A DNA stretch of 64,000 bases from assembly GCA_001643675.2 (NCBI GenBank), contig LSRY02000054.1:434001-498000 (forward strand), written 5' to 3'. Made by a program: the position numbers and the translations under genes. How positions within the stretch are numbered: position 1 is the stretch's first letter; every line of letters begins with the position of its first letter. Shown here one piece after another: positions 50,201-62,743 of this stretch. This DNA comes from Monocercomonoides exilis PA203 (taxonomy: Eukaryota > Protista > Preaxostyla). Below the pieces are notes generated by a model. The model was not told where the DNA came from. It was given only the letters and a program-made list of their open reading frames with translations, and made no database searches.

Positions 50201-53200
50201 GTTTTCAAGCATAATGGTTTTAAAAAATGAAATTTTTCAAAATATTTTCATTTTCAAACTTTTTTTTAGGATTTTTGGAGCAAATTGACGAAACGGAAGA
50301 ATATTCAGAAGATAAAGCAATTAAAGACAATGAAGCATCAAAAATAAACTTTAAAACTTCGAACGAAAGTGACAAGGACAAACCTAGCAACAAAAACGAA
50401 GAAATTCCCTCTCAAAGTGAAAGTGAAGATGATCTCGTCATGTTATTTTCTACGAAAAAAATTGCTCTTTGCCAAATGCCATCCAAAGAAAAGGAAATTG
50501 AAATGCAAACAAACATTAAAAACTCACTTCTAACAGACTGGTATCCAAGGTTGCATGAATCCTTCGCTGCATATACTAAAAAAACTGTGGGATGTTTGGA
50601 TGAAGACTTAACAAAGGGCTGCTTGTTACTGTTCCAAAAATCTTTGTAATTGGAACCAGAAAATCCTTACGAAGAAGATGCAGAAGTCTTTTACAAAGCG
50701 CTTTCTTCTTACGGAGATTTGCATATGATTTACTCTGGCCTTTGTCTCACTCTGGTAGCTTCTCCGTGTAGCGAGGTTAGCTGCGAAAGAGTAATTTCAA
50801 AAATGAGAAATATTCTTGGAGATAAGAGACACCTTGTTAGCGCACAGACTCTGGAAGCTCTTCTTCAGATCTAGAAGTCGGTGAAAGTTTCTTTTGTTCA
50901 ATGTATCATTATAGCAAAACTCCTTTCCTCTATTCATTTTTTCTCGTTCTGTGTTTTCAGAGAAGTATTTCAACTAGTCAATTCCGAATATGAAATAGTT
51001 GTTACAGGTTTTGAATTTATTAAAAGAATCTTTCATTCAGATTTTTTTGAAATCTTTGCATTATCACTCTTTTTCACATTTCATCAATTCGTTATTAACA
51101 AAAAAAGCTCAATAATTAAAGTATTAATTGCTATTTCGGTCAAATAAATAACAAATGATAAACTATTTGTTTTGAAGCACTTGCTTTCACAATGTTGAAT
51201 TATTTCAGATTTATTAGCTTAACTGGAGAGACAAAAGAGGAGGAAAATGCTTCCAATTCAAAAAATGAAATAATTGAAAATGAGAGAACACATCTAATTA
51301 TGTTGAGTTCATTTCTTGTTTCATTTTCTTCCTTTCCCAATCCTCTACTCCAACATCTTCATTTTCATAACCATTTTCTTCTTCTTCCACTTCAAATACT
51401 GCTGCTGCTGCTTCTAATAAATGATTCGTTGAGCATATACCATTCACTCATATCATCAATCTTCTGCTCTCACTTCTATCTCTTCCCCTCATTCCTTCCA
51501 AAATATCTTATGAATCTCACAAATCTTTTTTTTTCCATATTTTTCATATTTTTGATCAAGATCTTTCTTCTATACGTCCCTTCATTTATTGTATTCAAAT
51601 TTCTTTTTATGCAATCAGTTTCATTCTTCCCATATTCCATGCTTTTTCATTGTCGTTGAACATTCTTGTAAAAATCCATATCTCATAAAAATTAAAAAAA
51701 TATTGAATGTTATATAAATAATTATCAAAAAAACAAACATAAATCTTTCATAACGATCGCCTTTAACAGATTTTTTTTGCTTCTTTTGAAAATATTATTT
51801 ATTTCTTCCAACAAAGCTCATCTTTCTCGTTTTTGCCTCTTTTCTGCTTCATTAAATAATAATTGTTCAAGTCCTGTGATCAATAATGCTTTCACTAAAA
51901 TCAAGCCAAAAACTCTATTCAATAATAATGTCAGAATATTTTCTTTTCATCAGAATAATCCCTTCCCATCCCTTATTACTGCATCACCTTCTTCTTCTCT
52001 TCATTTTCTCTCATTGCAAAAACGCACATCTCTCACACTTCCGTTATCTCCTCCGCAAACAATAACAAAATTCTTTTTTCCTTCACTCTCAATCTCCCCA
52101 TTCTTCAAATCTCTTCTCCCAATTTAAAATATTTGCTTCCATCATTTTTCTGTATCGAATGATCGACTTCATCTTGTGGTCAGCCCCTCATCTCGCTCCA
52201 TCCCTGCTGCACATCTGCCTTCACTTCATCAATGCAGAGTCAGTATTAATGTTCCTTCTTCCCATCTTCCCCAGCATCCACATCCATCCCTTGAATGACA
52301 AATGCAAGGCGCGCACAAGCAGTCCTCTAAACAATTAGTGAAAACTCAAAAACTTCCCTCACTTTCTTCTTCATCTCTTCCTAAATGAATCACTCCAAAG
52401 TTTCCTCCCTAACAGCTCATGTTTTCACAATAATCTCCCATAGCCCACCGCATATGCCCCCTTTCTCCGTGAGTGTGTTTTTAATATAGCCATCTCCTCC
52501 CTTGTCTCTCCATTTCCTTTCCATTTCTTGTCCTTCTCTAAAAAAATATTATTTATTCGCTCCACATATCTCCATGTTTCTGTCTCCTCACTCCATCTCA
52601 ACTCATCAAATTCCTTTTATCCACAATAAACACGAACATAATTCTTCATTCGCGATGAATACAAATATAGAATACTTTTTTTTCCATCCACAATCATTCA
52701 ATGCACATCCTTGTAATTCAGAAAATTCAAGTGTTAAATATTCTCCTTCATTTCAAGCTTCTTTCATTTTATCTCCTCCATCATCCTGTGTCATCACAAA
52801 AATCATCCGTCCCTATCCAAACACATTGATGAATGAATCACGCACCTCAATAAAATCCATATTCCCTCACAGCTGCGATGCATAAAGTTGTTCAACTTTT
52901 TCTTTTAATGTCCAAAAATTTTTATGGAGAAGATCAACAAATTTCTCACAAAATAAAGAAACTTTTCTGACTGGAGAATGAAATTCGAATTCAACCAGAG
53001 TTTTCTGCACCAGAAATATAAAATTCAGTGTTGATAATGGAATATTTTGAAGATAAATATCTGGATAAAGTGAAAATTAATAATTCTATTGAAAAAAAGG
53101 AAACGAAAAGGATTCTTAATAGAAGACTGAGGGAAAAAACGAATGTTTTTAGGATGTGAGATTGATGAGCATTGAAAGGTCATTGAATGAAATTTGACCG

Positions 53201-55159
53201 AGAGAATGAGATTTGAATAACGCAGAAGGCATCAAATATTTGAAATCTTCTATTCACTTGTTTTGATACATTTAACACTGTTCTTATCACCTTCTTCTCA
53301 TCCACTTTGCTTTCACCAATAAATTAGTTGTTGACGTGCATGCTTACGGATTCATTTGCTATTCATTCTTCATTCGCAATCTCTTTGAAAAACTGTTTTT
53401 CATCTTCAATAATGTTCCGTTAATCTTTTCAAATAAAAAGCCCTTTGGACATTTTGTTTTCTTTTTGAAAGTTTGTTCACATATCGAATTGTTTCATCGT
53501 TATCACAGTCATCGCAGTGAGTGTCAAAATATTTATAACATGATCAAATTCAATAAGATTTTCATGTTCATCATTATCTTTATCTTCTTCTTCTTAGACA
53601 AAAAATTATCAAAACTTTTTTTTCAACTTGTTTTCCGTTCATTCTGAATATCCAATTTCAAATAACAACCTCATGAATGTTCCTCTTTTTACAAGCAAAA
53701 TAAAATAAACAGAAATTTTTAAGTTGAAAAAAGTGAATTCATCTCAATCACATTCGTTTTCTCATTTTTTTACCTCAAGTAATTCATTTTTCCTCAATGC
53801 AGTTTGCTGCACGTCAACATCAAAACTTCATGTTAAGAGCAATGATTATGGATCTCAAATTTTTCGTATTCTTCCAAACAGAACGCCTCCATCTGAATTG
53901 GCATTGCCTCACTCTTCTCATTCGTCAACTCCCACTGCAACTCACAGAAGTTCAAAAAACTTTCAACATTATCATCCTCCTATTAATGGGCAAAACACTA
54001 TATCGTTGTCATTCTTCCTGTTCATTTCATATATCCTCCAAAACTCTTCTTTCTTTTCATTCTTTCTATTATTCATCTTCACAAAATACTTATGTGTTAT
54101 AATCAACATTTTTGAATCAATATTTATCAATTTTTATATCTGTTATTCTTCAATCTTTTTTATCATCAAAATAAACTTCGTTGTCTCCTTTCAGATTCTT
54201 TGCAAAAGAATTTTTCACATCATAATTTATTTGCTTCACTTTCTTTTGACCAAACGCTTGAAAATTACACATTTGTTGTGAAATGTGACTTTGTTTATCT
54301 TTTCAAACATCATAACTTTTTTTCATTCAAATACACAATATAATTAATTTTCACTTTTTTGTGATTAAAAATCCAATTTCCACAAAAAATTTTGTCAGAT
54401 TTATTTCATTTTTTCTTACAAAAAAAATTGTCGTTGAAGAGAAAAAGCTTTTGATATGAAAGAAATAATAAGTGAAATGAAAGTTATTTTTGGACGTTTT
54501 TTTATCTTTAACTTCGCAATTTGCTGATTAAGAAACATTGTCTTCAGAAAAGGCATCAGTTCAATCATTTATTAAATAATAAATCTATTTCAACTGTTCA
54601 TATACTTTCAAGGTTTCTATGTATTTAATCCAAGCAAAAATGCTTTTTTAGCTTAAAAAAGAAGAAGTTAATAACTTTTTCAAGTTTTTACCCAATAAAT
54701 TGAACTTCAATCGAATGCTTTTCGTAAAATAAAGTCGAGCAGTTGTTAAATGTGGATGAAAACGGTCTAATAAGCGCAAAGAAAGGCAAACTGACAATTC
54801 CGAAGAAACAAAAAACTTGAATCGGTATTTATTTGAATTCAAAATATTTTCCATGTAAATATCAATGTTTTTGAAAAAGCATCTCTTTTAGAGCATAATT
54901 TGATGATAAAATCGAAATCTTTGAAAGAATTACTTTCACAAAGTCATTATGGTTTTTCACCAAAATTTTAAAAAAGAAAAAATTTTTTAAATAAATAATG
55001 TGAAAAAATTGCTAAATATAATTATTGAATAAAGATTTTTTGAAAAAACAATTGAAATATATAAATCCAAGTTATCTTTGGAAACTTCATAAAGACTGAC
55101 GGATTCAATTAATGACTGACGGACGTGAAAAAAATTTTTCCATCTGTAACACATGTTTA
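47248..55159 (+). mobile_element. hAT DNA transposon, 7.9 kb, 8-bp TSD ATATAACT
   Basis: TIRs TAAACGTGTGTTAC / GTAACACATGTTTA. TSD at 47240-47247 and 55160-55167. Copy A holds the empty site with a single ATATAACT. Subterminal TGACGGA repeats are present. Confidence 0.93.
47882..50874 (+). pseudogene. hAT transposase with two in-frame nonsense codons
   Basis: Motifs MIDG (D1), YCTDG (D2), CCNH (CxxH), TRWHS and the dimerisation/E motif SPCSEVSCERVISKMRNILGDKR. Intron 50217-50269. Stops are TAG at 49661 and TAA near 50648. Confidence 0.85.
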
Positions 55160-55193
55160 ATATAACTATTCATCGACAAAAATGTACCTATGT

Positions 55194-55448
55194 GGGTGAT
55201 TATTTTTGAAATCATAACTTTTTTCGTAATGTCAATTTTTCAAAGGTTGGTTGTCATTGGAGAGATATTTTGCATTTTCATGTTAAAAGCATCACAACTA
55301 TTTTCAAAACAAAATTTTTTGATTCAAACAATATGACGACGTCTTTCACAAGCCTTTTCTCTTTTAAGTGTTCTTTTGCAGATATTCAAGGAACTATTTT
55401 CATCCGAATTTTTTGAATGAATCATTACAATGTCAAAAATAATCACAC
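55194..55448. mobile_element. MITE, GGGT-TIR family (duplicate of 25467-25721)
   Basis: GGGTGATTATTTTTGA...TCAAAAATAATCACAC, flanked by ATGT and ATAT. Confidence 0.68.
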
Positions 55449-55688
55449 ATATATTATTCAATCTTATTCAAACAAAATTTTGAGAAATCAATAAATCGAA
55501 ATTTTTTATCAAAAACGATTTTTCATTGAAAGATTTGCATATTATGAAATAATAAGTGATTATTTGAATTTAATGCAGTTATCGTATGTGTGGAAAATGA
55601 ATAAAATGAGGCAAAAATAAAGTTTATGTGATGAAAAAAGTGATGAAAACAGATGTTAATTAAAGACATGAACATAGCCCGGGAAAGG

Positions 55689-57873
55689 GACAAAACCCGG
55701 GAATATCAAAAGAAAAACTCAAAAAAGAAAAAGTAAGTTGAAGAATTTGATATTGAAAAAATCAAACATCTCCCTTTTGTTCTTCAACAGTGCTATATTT
55801 AACTTCTTTTCAAAATGATGATATTATTGAATTAATTCAATAAAATGAATGAATCACAAAGTCATAATGTTTGCTTTTTTTTTTCAATTTGTCTTATTTT
55901 CCTTCGTCTTCAGAGCTTTCAAAAGTTTTTGCCACTGAAGAATTTAGAAAATAAAAATCAAAAGCTGAAAAAAGAAATTTTTTTTTCAAGAAAAGAGATT
56001 ATATACAAAAGCATTATTTCATCAGGCTTGGTTTCTTCTTCAGCTTAATATCGACTAACATCAACTTTGAGACAGGGAATGGATCCACAACATAATGGAA
56101 GACCGAATTTTTTAAATATTGAGGAACAAGAAGAAATAGAAGACTGTGCCAAATCTCATTCACTTTCAACGGATTAAATAACATTCAAAGATATCAGTTA
56201 TATATTTTGGTTTTTGTTTTGATATTTATATTTCCTTTTTTGATGTCGTCTTTTCAGTCCGAGAATGTTTTGCAAAGAAAAACCCGAAACAAGGATGATA
56301 ACAGCGAATTGACAGAAATTAATGAAAAATGGACAAGACGGTTCAAAAAAAAAACCATTGCCTTGCAAATGGTATAACCAAAATCCATAGACACAAAAAG
56401 GTTGCTTTCATCATCAACGACAAACATTTCCAAGTTATTTTCATTTCAAATGGATATACTGAAAACAAACAAAATTTCCGCTGATATGATATTTAATATA
56501 GACGAAACAGGTGTCAGTTAATGAAAATCTGATGACAATTTCGTGGTCAAACGATCAGATCAAGAAGACACAATGTTACACTACAAACTTCCTCAGCCAA
56601 ATGCAACATTGGTTTTTGGAGTTTTTGCAGATGGATCTTCTATTAATCCAGTGATGATTTGGCCTTCAAAAACTGTTCCAAAAGATCTTGCAGTAAAAAA
56701 ATATAAACGACTAGAAATAGTGTCCAACGGAAGCGGGCGTAGAACAAAAAATGACTGCGAACAAATCATGATGAAAAACATTTAACCAACAGTAAACAAA
56801 AAAAGAATTGAATTACATGGATCGGAAGCATAGGTGCTTATTATTATGGATGGGCGTTTATCGAGGCTTTGCTCGCATGTTTTTGCACGGAATCGTGAAC
56901 ATTATATTGAAATTATTATTCTTCGTTCGCACACCACACATTTGACACAATAGCTTAATAACTATGTGTTTGCTTAAATTAAAAAAGACTGTATTCATTT
57001 TTTTTGCCTCCAACAGAAAGTGGAATATCGTCATATTGAAAAACTCTTGTGTCATCATTGGCAGATGTTTTGAGTGCTGCGTTGGAACCAAGAACTATAA
57101 AAAAAATCGTTCTATGCAAGTGGAATTGAGCCCTTCTATCCTTCCGTTGTTTTGGATCGATTGCCAAATCAGTTGTCAAACGAAAAATTTTCTTCAATTA
57201 GTTCATCGGCCCGTGCTTCAAATGGAGTTTAAAACATGAAAGTTTTGACAAGTGATAATTTTGTTCAGGAGAACGAACAAAGTGAAGAAGGTTTGAAAAT
57301 TTTCATGAAATTAGAATGAAATGAGTATTTTATTATTATTATTTTTTTAAATTTCGAGAAAAAGAAAAATGTGTATCCTGCACCTTGAAAGATAGTCTAC
57401 AAAAGCAAATGTCATAGAGAAAAGCAAACGTCGATAAATGTGATGGGAAAACAAAATAAAAGATTTCAGAACAAACTCATGAAGAAGAAATGGATGAACA
57501 TTTTCTGTTTTCAGGAGAAAAACAAAAAAGAAAACAAGTGTTTGAAACAAAATGTGGAAAACTATTTTATTTCAGCTGAAAGCGTCTTTTCTTTTCAAAC
57601 AATTTTATTTTGCTACTTGTTTATAGAATTATTTTCTTTTTGTTCGATTATTTTCATATAGTCTCGTATCAGCGAATGTTTCTTTTCGATTGTGATTATA
57701 TATGCTCGTTTCATTTGAAATCAAGAAAAACTTTTTTAAAAAACATTGAATGAACATTTTTTCAAATAAATAATTTTTTTTTATTTTTGTTAATTCAAAA
57801 TAAAAAAGAAATCAGGAAGTGGAGTTAACAATTGAAAAACTTTTCAATTGATTGGGCATTCCCGGGTTTTGTC
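55689..57873 (+). mobile_element. pogo/DDE_1 element remnant (duplicate of 25966-28152)
   Basis: Same inverted repeats and DETG/MDG motifs as copy A. Some stops are shared and some are private. Confidence 0.8.
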
Positions 57874-59239
57874 ACTTTTTAGAGTTTTGTTTAAGACTTG
57901 ATATTTGATCTGATTATTTCAGGTTTTGAGTGTGAATAAAATATGATTTTGTGATTTGTCAATTTCTTTCTCGAAAAACAAAAAACAATTATTATCTGAA
58001 AAAAAAAGATTGTTTCCAACAGATATAAGTTCCATCTTCAATAAAAATATTTATTCCCCTCTTTTTTGATAATGGTTCATTGAAGCGTGACAATTTCGTT
58101 TGCGAAACAAGACAAAATATAACATATGAAATAAATAGTTATAAATGAACAGACAATCAGATTATCCACATTATTCAAAGCACAATCTCCAGATTATTGT
58201 TCAATAATTGGGTCATTGAACAAAATTCACTGTCACAATTATTCTTATTATCGTGTCGAGCTACGAATGAACATTTGAAATGCTCTAATTGAATAATAAC
58301 ATAGAATTTGGAGAACAACACGAAAGAAAAATACGAGAATTACGAAAATGAGAATCATCATCACTGAAAAATATAATCGAGTTTAATATTTGAAATTATA
58401 TCGAAACACAACAATAAGTGCAAATGCTTTCAAAACATAACGAAAATCGTGAGATAAAACAACTGAAATAAAATTTCTCATCATCATTTATCTCTGACTC
58501 CAAAACAAATCAACATGGAAATCAACAAAACACAAACAAGAAAACATTTTCATGGAAAGGTATTTCAGTTTCATTTATTGATTGAGAATTTTTAACATCT
58601 GTTATTTTTCTAAATCTTTCATTTTGTTCTCTCAATCTTTTTGTCAGTCTTTCTTTATTCACGCAAAAAATCTTATAAAATTTTCCAGAGCCATTGTTTT
58701 TTGTGAATAACCAAACTCAATTCGTTATTTTCTTTCAAATGTGTTTCATTTTTTCTTTTTTGAGTTTTATATTTTGTTTCATTTTCCAAATGGAATCTTA
58801 TTTCACAGATTGCTCTTTCGTCTGCTTTGTTATTCAACTGCATTTAAATACTAGTCATTTCGTGAATCGAGGAAAATACCATTTTCACTTCAATTTTTTT
58901 GTTCATTTCGATAATAAACTCATTCTTTGTTGTTTCCATGATCTTTTTTTCGTTAAAAGAAAAAACTCTCTTTTAGACATAACCGTTCTAAATTCTTTCA
59001 ATTTTGTTTTGTCTTCAACAAAAAAGATTAACATTTCTTTTGTCTTTTGACAAAGTTATGTTCTTGATTAACCATGAATTTAAAAAGACAAAATAAAAAT
59101 AAAAAATAGAATAAAAAAATAAAATAAAATATAAAAATATAATAAAAAATAAAAAAAACAAGGCAAATAATTTAAAAAAGATGAATACACATGGAAGCAC
59201 AAGAACAATTTTTGTTCAAAAAGAAAAATCCACTTTCCA

Positions 59240-62200
59240 TTAATCCTTCATTTCTTGTTCCTTGTCATCATTCTCTTCAATTCTTGTTCTCCTCTTCCTC
59301 ACAACAACAACAACAATCACAATCACCACAACAGCTGCCACAACAACAACAATCGGCACAACAATGGCAACAACGATCCCTGCCATCCTCTTTTTGTTTT
59401 GTTCTTTTAGTTTCTCTTGTCTCACTTTCACATACTTCTCATACACATCTTCAGGCTCTGATTCTTCATCAATTGCTCCCTCGATCCACCCAGCTGTTGA
59501 TTCATCAAAGTCATTCGCAAACGCAAAGACATCTTCTTGTTTGCAGAACTTGTCGAAGTCTGGGGCAATGATGAACAGAGAAGTTGTTTTTGAGCCAGCT
59601 GTGTTTGAGCTGTCGATCTCCAGGTTGTGTTCTGATGGGAGTTTCAGATTCGATGTTGCCTTGGGCATCTCTATGAATATTGCTCCTGATTTCCCTTCTG
59701 GTGCTGAACACGACTTGAATGAACATTTGCTTGACCTTCCAATGGCCACTCTTGATTCTTCTGAACTGAGGGTGATATCCAACCCTGCTGCTGCTCCTTT
59801 CTCCGATTTCACTTCCTGAACATTCAATCCTTCGATTGACACCTTCGACGATGAATTGCTCCCATCACTGATGCTGATTGCTGCTCCACTTTCCACATTC
59901 ACTTTGCTGATGTCCATTCCCCTCAATGACACCTCTCTAGCTCCAGAAAATGAAAATGGTGATGAAGAGAATGACACAAATGAGGTTTCATCTGAACATT
60001 TCACCGTGTCCATTTCCACACTTCCAGATGTCACACTCACAAGACTGCTTGCCAAGGGGTTGTCTCCATCAGCATTTGAATTCATTCCTTCTTGTGATTG
60101 TGACCCAATTCTGACAAATCGACATGTTGATATTTTCAATGATGTTGAATCATATCCAGCACAAATTAATAAGTCCCAATTCTTTTCGGTTGAAGAGAAT
60201 TGGAATGCCAGATACTTGAATTCCACAACTCTCTGGCAAGAAAAGAGAATTGATGAAACAGAAACATCACAATCAATTGCCACTTCTATATTTCCTTTTC
60301 CATTTTCGTTAACTCCTTCAATTGTTATTCCATAGTTGGTTGAGAAGATGATTCTTTCAGCCTTCACAGATTCTGCAGTTTTGATAATGTCAATGAAGCA
60401 TTTTCCACTCTTTTCCAAATATTCATATGCATCGAATATGCTGTTGATTGCTGAATTAACATCGACTCCATTTCCCTTCCCTCCTTTTTTGACAAACACT
60501 CTTGTCATGTTATCTGGTTTTGGGGGAGGTGGATCAAAATATGTGCTTGTGAAATCATAAAGTTGATAAACTTTCAAATCACATCCAACAATATTCCACC
60601 TGTTGTCTCTTCTTGTGTAATCAGCTGCAAAACTTAATTTCATTGAATCTGCAATATCCTTGAACAAAAAGTTATAATTCATCGCCAATAATAATCCAGT
60701 ATTTCTCTTTTCTCCATTATAAGCAGCTGAGCAGTTCTGAAAAACAAGATTCTTTCCATCTTTTGGCCATTTAAGTTGAGATGCAAATTGAATGTTGGGC
60801 ATGTCCAAATATATTCCGCCGGATTTGTCATTTGTGCAACTGCATGAAGTGAAAGATGTCACGCCTCCATCTCCCACTGTGAACGTGCTTTCACTGTTAT
60901 AGCTCGAAATGTATAATGATCCTTCACTTTCTGTTTGACATTCAGTGAAAGTGCAGTTATTCAAAGTGACATCCACCACATTATCTCCATATATTTGAAC
61001 AATAGGTTTGCCACTTGAAATTTTTTTCAAAGTCACATTTGTAAATGAAACGGTATTTGAATATCTTATATTAAAAACTTTATCGTCAAATGAGACATTT
61101 CGACTATCATCAACACACTCAACATTGTCCATATAAAAATCACCATCTTCCGAAAGAACAAGGTGATAATCCACATTTTCCCGATTTGTTGATGGCCGGA
61201 TAAATTGGCAGTTTTTAATTGTCAGACTATCGCATCCGTAAATCAAGGCACTGTCATAGTGATATCCATCGCTTAATGCTATTGGAAAATAGAATGCCAA
61301 GAACACGAATTCCACTTTCCTCAAACATGAAAATAAATATTGATCTGAATGCACATTACAATCTATCGAAACCATTGTATTCCCAGTTCCTTGGCTGTTT
61401 ATTCCTTCAACCGTAACTCCTTCATTCTTGTCGAATGCGATTTGTTCTGCTTTCAATTTATCTTTAGCATCAATTATGTTGATATAGTATCCAATAAAAC
61501 TCACATCATCCGCAAATAAACAATATCCCTTTTTCACTGACCCCGTTGGAGAATCAAAATTCAATCCATCTCCATTTTCTGCACCACTTTTCACATAACA
61601 AGTTGTGACGATGCTGTAGTACTCAGAGACAATATCGATCTCTGCGTTATCGATTCCACAAATTATAAATTCATTGTTATCTCTATTAGTGTAATTGGCC
61701 GCAAAACTTGCTTTCATTGTATCTGCTATATCTTTGAACAAATAATCATTATTCAAAACAAAATACAATACAATATTTCTTTTTGACTGTCCTTCTCCAC
61801 ATTTGCAATCCTGAAATACTAAGTTCGTTCCATCTGAAGGCCATTTCAGTTGAGATTCTGATGTTATATTTGGTCCATACAAACAGATTCCACCAGATTT
61901 GCCATCAGAACAACTGCATGACGTGAAAGATGTCACGCCTCCATCTCCAACTGTGAATGTAATTTCACTGTTATAGCAATTAACATACAATGTTCCTTCC
62001 CTTTTTGTTTGACATTCAGTGAAACTGCAGTTATTCAAAATGACATCCAACTTGTTATTGCTATAGTCTCCATTTATGCTAACAATTCCATCACCACTTG
62101 AAATTTTGTTCAAACTCACGTTCATCAACGAAACTATTTTTGTAAGATACGTAAAAAAAACTTGGTGTGAAAATATGACAGTGTTGCTCTTATCAACACA

Positions 62201-62743
62201 CTCAACAGAATTCATGAACAAATTTCCCCCACGCAAATCTAAAAGGTGATATACCAAATTTTGGCTATTTGTTTGAGGCCGAATAAGTTGACAGTTAGTA
62301 ATTGTTAGTTCTCCATCATCTCCGAAAATAAATGCACAATTGCCAAATTCTCTCAAAGATATAGGAAGATAGAATATCAAATATATGAATTCAACCTTTC
62401 CCCTGCACATGAAAAAATATTCTTCTGCATACACATCACAATCCATTGAAACCATTGTGTTTCCATTTCCATCGCTGTTTACTCCTTCAATGGTTATTCC
62501 TGAACTTTTTCCAAATATTATTTTTTCTGCTTTGAATGCAGTTGTTTCATTGACAACATAGATCTTGCATGCTTGATTATTTCCCAGAAGATCATAGGCA
62601 CTTTTCAATGATTTCATTTCCTGACCGATTGATGTTCCAGTGTTGGTGTCACTTCCACTTTGCTTCACATAAACTGTGTAAGGTTTTTCTTCATTCAATT
62701 CTTGTGATGTTGCAAATGCAAATGTCAGAATGACAAAGAGCAT
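59240..62743 (-). CDS. Type-I membrane surface protein with internal repeats (paralogue B)
   Basis: Intronless ORF with the same architecture as 29494-33003. The C-terminal third is nearly identical to paralogue A, while repeats 1-2 are patchily divergent. Confidence 0.85.
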   Translation of the reverse strand: MLFVILTFAFATSQELNEEKPYTVYVKQSGSDTNTGTSIGQEMKSLKSAYDLLGNNQACKIYVVNETTAFKAEKIIFGKSSGITIEGVNSDGNGNTMVSMDCDVYAEEYFFMCRGKVEFIYLIFYLPISLREFGNCAFIFGDDGELTITNCQLIRPQTNSQNLVYHLLDLRGGNLFMNSVECVDKSNTVIFSHQVFFTYLTKIVSLMNVSLNKISSGDGIVSINGDYSNNKLDVILNNCSFTECQTKREGTLYVNCYNSEITFTVGDGGVTSFTSCSCSDGKSGGICLYGPNITSESQLKWPSDGTNLVFQDCKCGEGQSKRNIVLYFVLNNDYLFKDIADTMKASFAANYTNRDNNEFIICGIDNAEIDIVSEYYSIVTTCYVKSGAENGDGLNFDSPTGSVKKGYCLFADDVSFIGYYINIIDAKDKLKAEQIAFDKNEGVTVEGINSQGTGNTMVSIDCNVHSDQYLFSCLRKVEFVFLAFYFPIALSDGYHYDSALIYGCDSLTIKNCQFIRPSTNRENVDYHLVLSEDGDFYMDNVECVDDSRNVSFDDKVFNIRYSNTVSFTNVTLKKISSGKPIVQIYGDNVVDVTLNNCTFTECQTESEGSLYISSYNSESTFTVGDGGVTSFTSCSCTNDKSGGIYLDMPNIQFASQLKWPKDGKNLVFQNCSAAYNGEKRNTGLLLAMNYNFLFKDIADSMKLSFAADYTRRDNRWNIVGCDLKVYQLYDFTSTYFDPPPPKPDNMTRVFVKKGGKGNGVDVNSAINSIFDAYEYLEKSGKCFIDIIKTAESVKAERIIFSTNYGITIEGVNENGKGNIEVAIDCDVSVSSILFSCQRVVEFKYLAFQFSSTEKNWDLLICAGYDSTSLKISTCRFVRIGSQSQEGMNSNADGDNPLASSLVSVTSGSVEMDTVKCSDETSFVSFSSSPFSFSGAREVSLRGMDISKVNVESGAAISISDGSNSSSKVSIEGLNVQEVKSEKGAAAGLDITLSSEESRVAIGRSSKCSFKSCSAPEGKSGAIFIEMPKATSNLKLPSEHNLEIDSSNTAGSKTTSLFIIAPDFDKFCKQEDVFAFANDFDESTAGWIEGAIDEESEPEDVYEKYVKVRQEKLKEQNKKRMAGIVVAIVVPIVVVVAAVVVIVIVVVVVRKRRTRIEENDDKEQEMKD

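Noticed and set aside
53800-54050. Possible Ulp1-like protease relic in the hAT cargo (VFCPLI; NSDGGVL)
   Set aside because: The motif resemblance is too weak and the fragments are in inconsistent frames.
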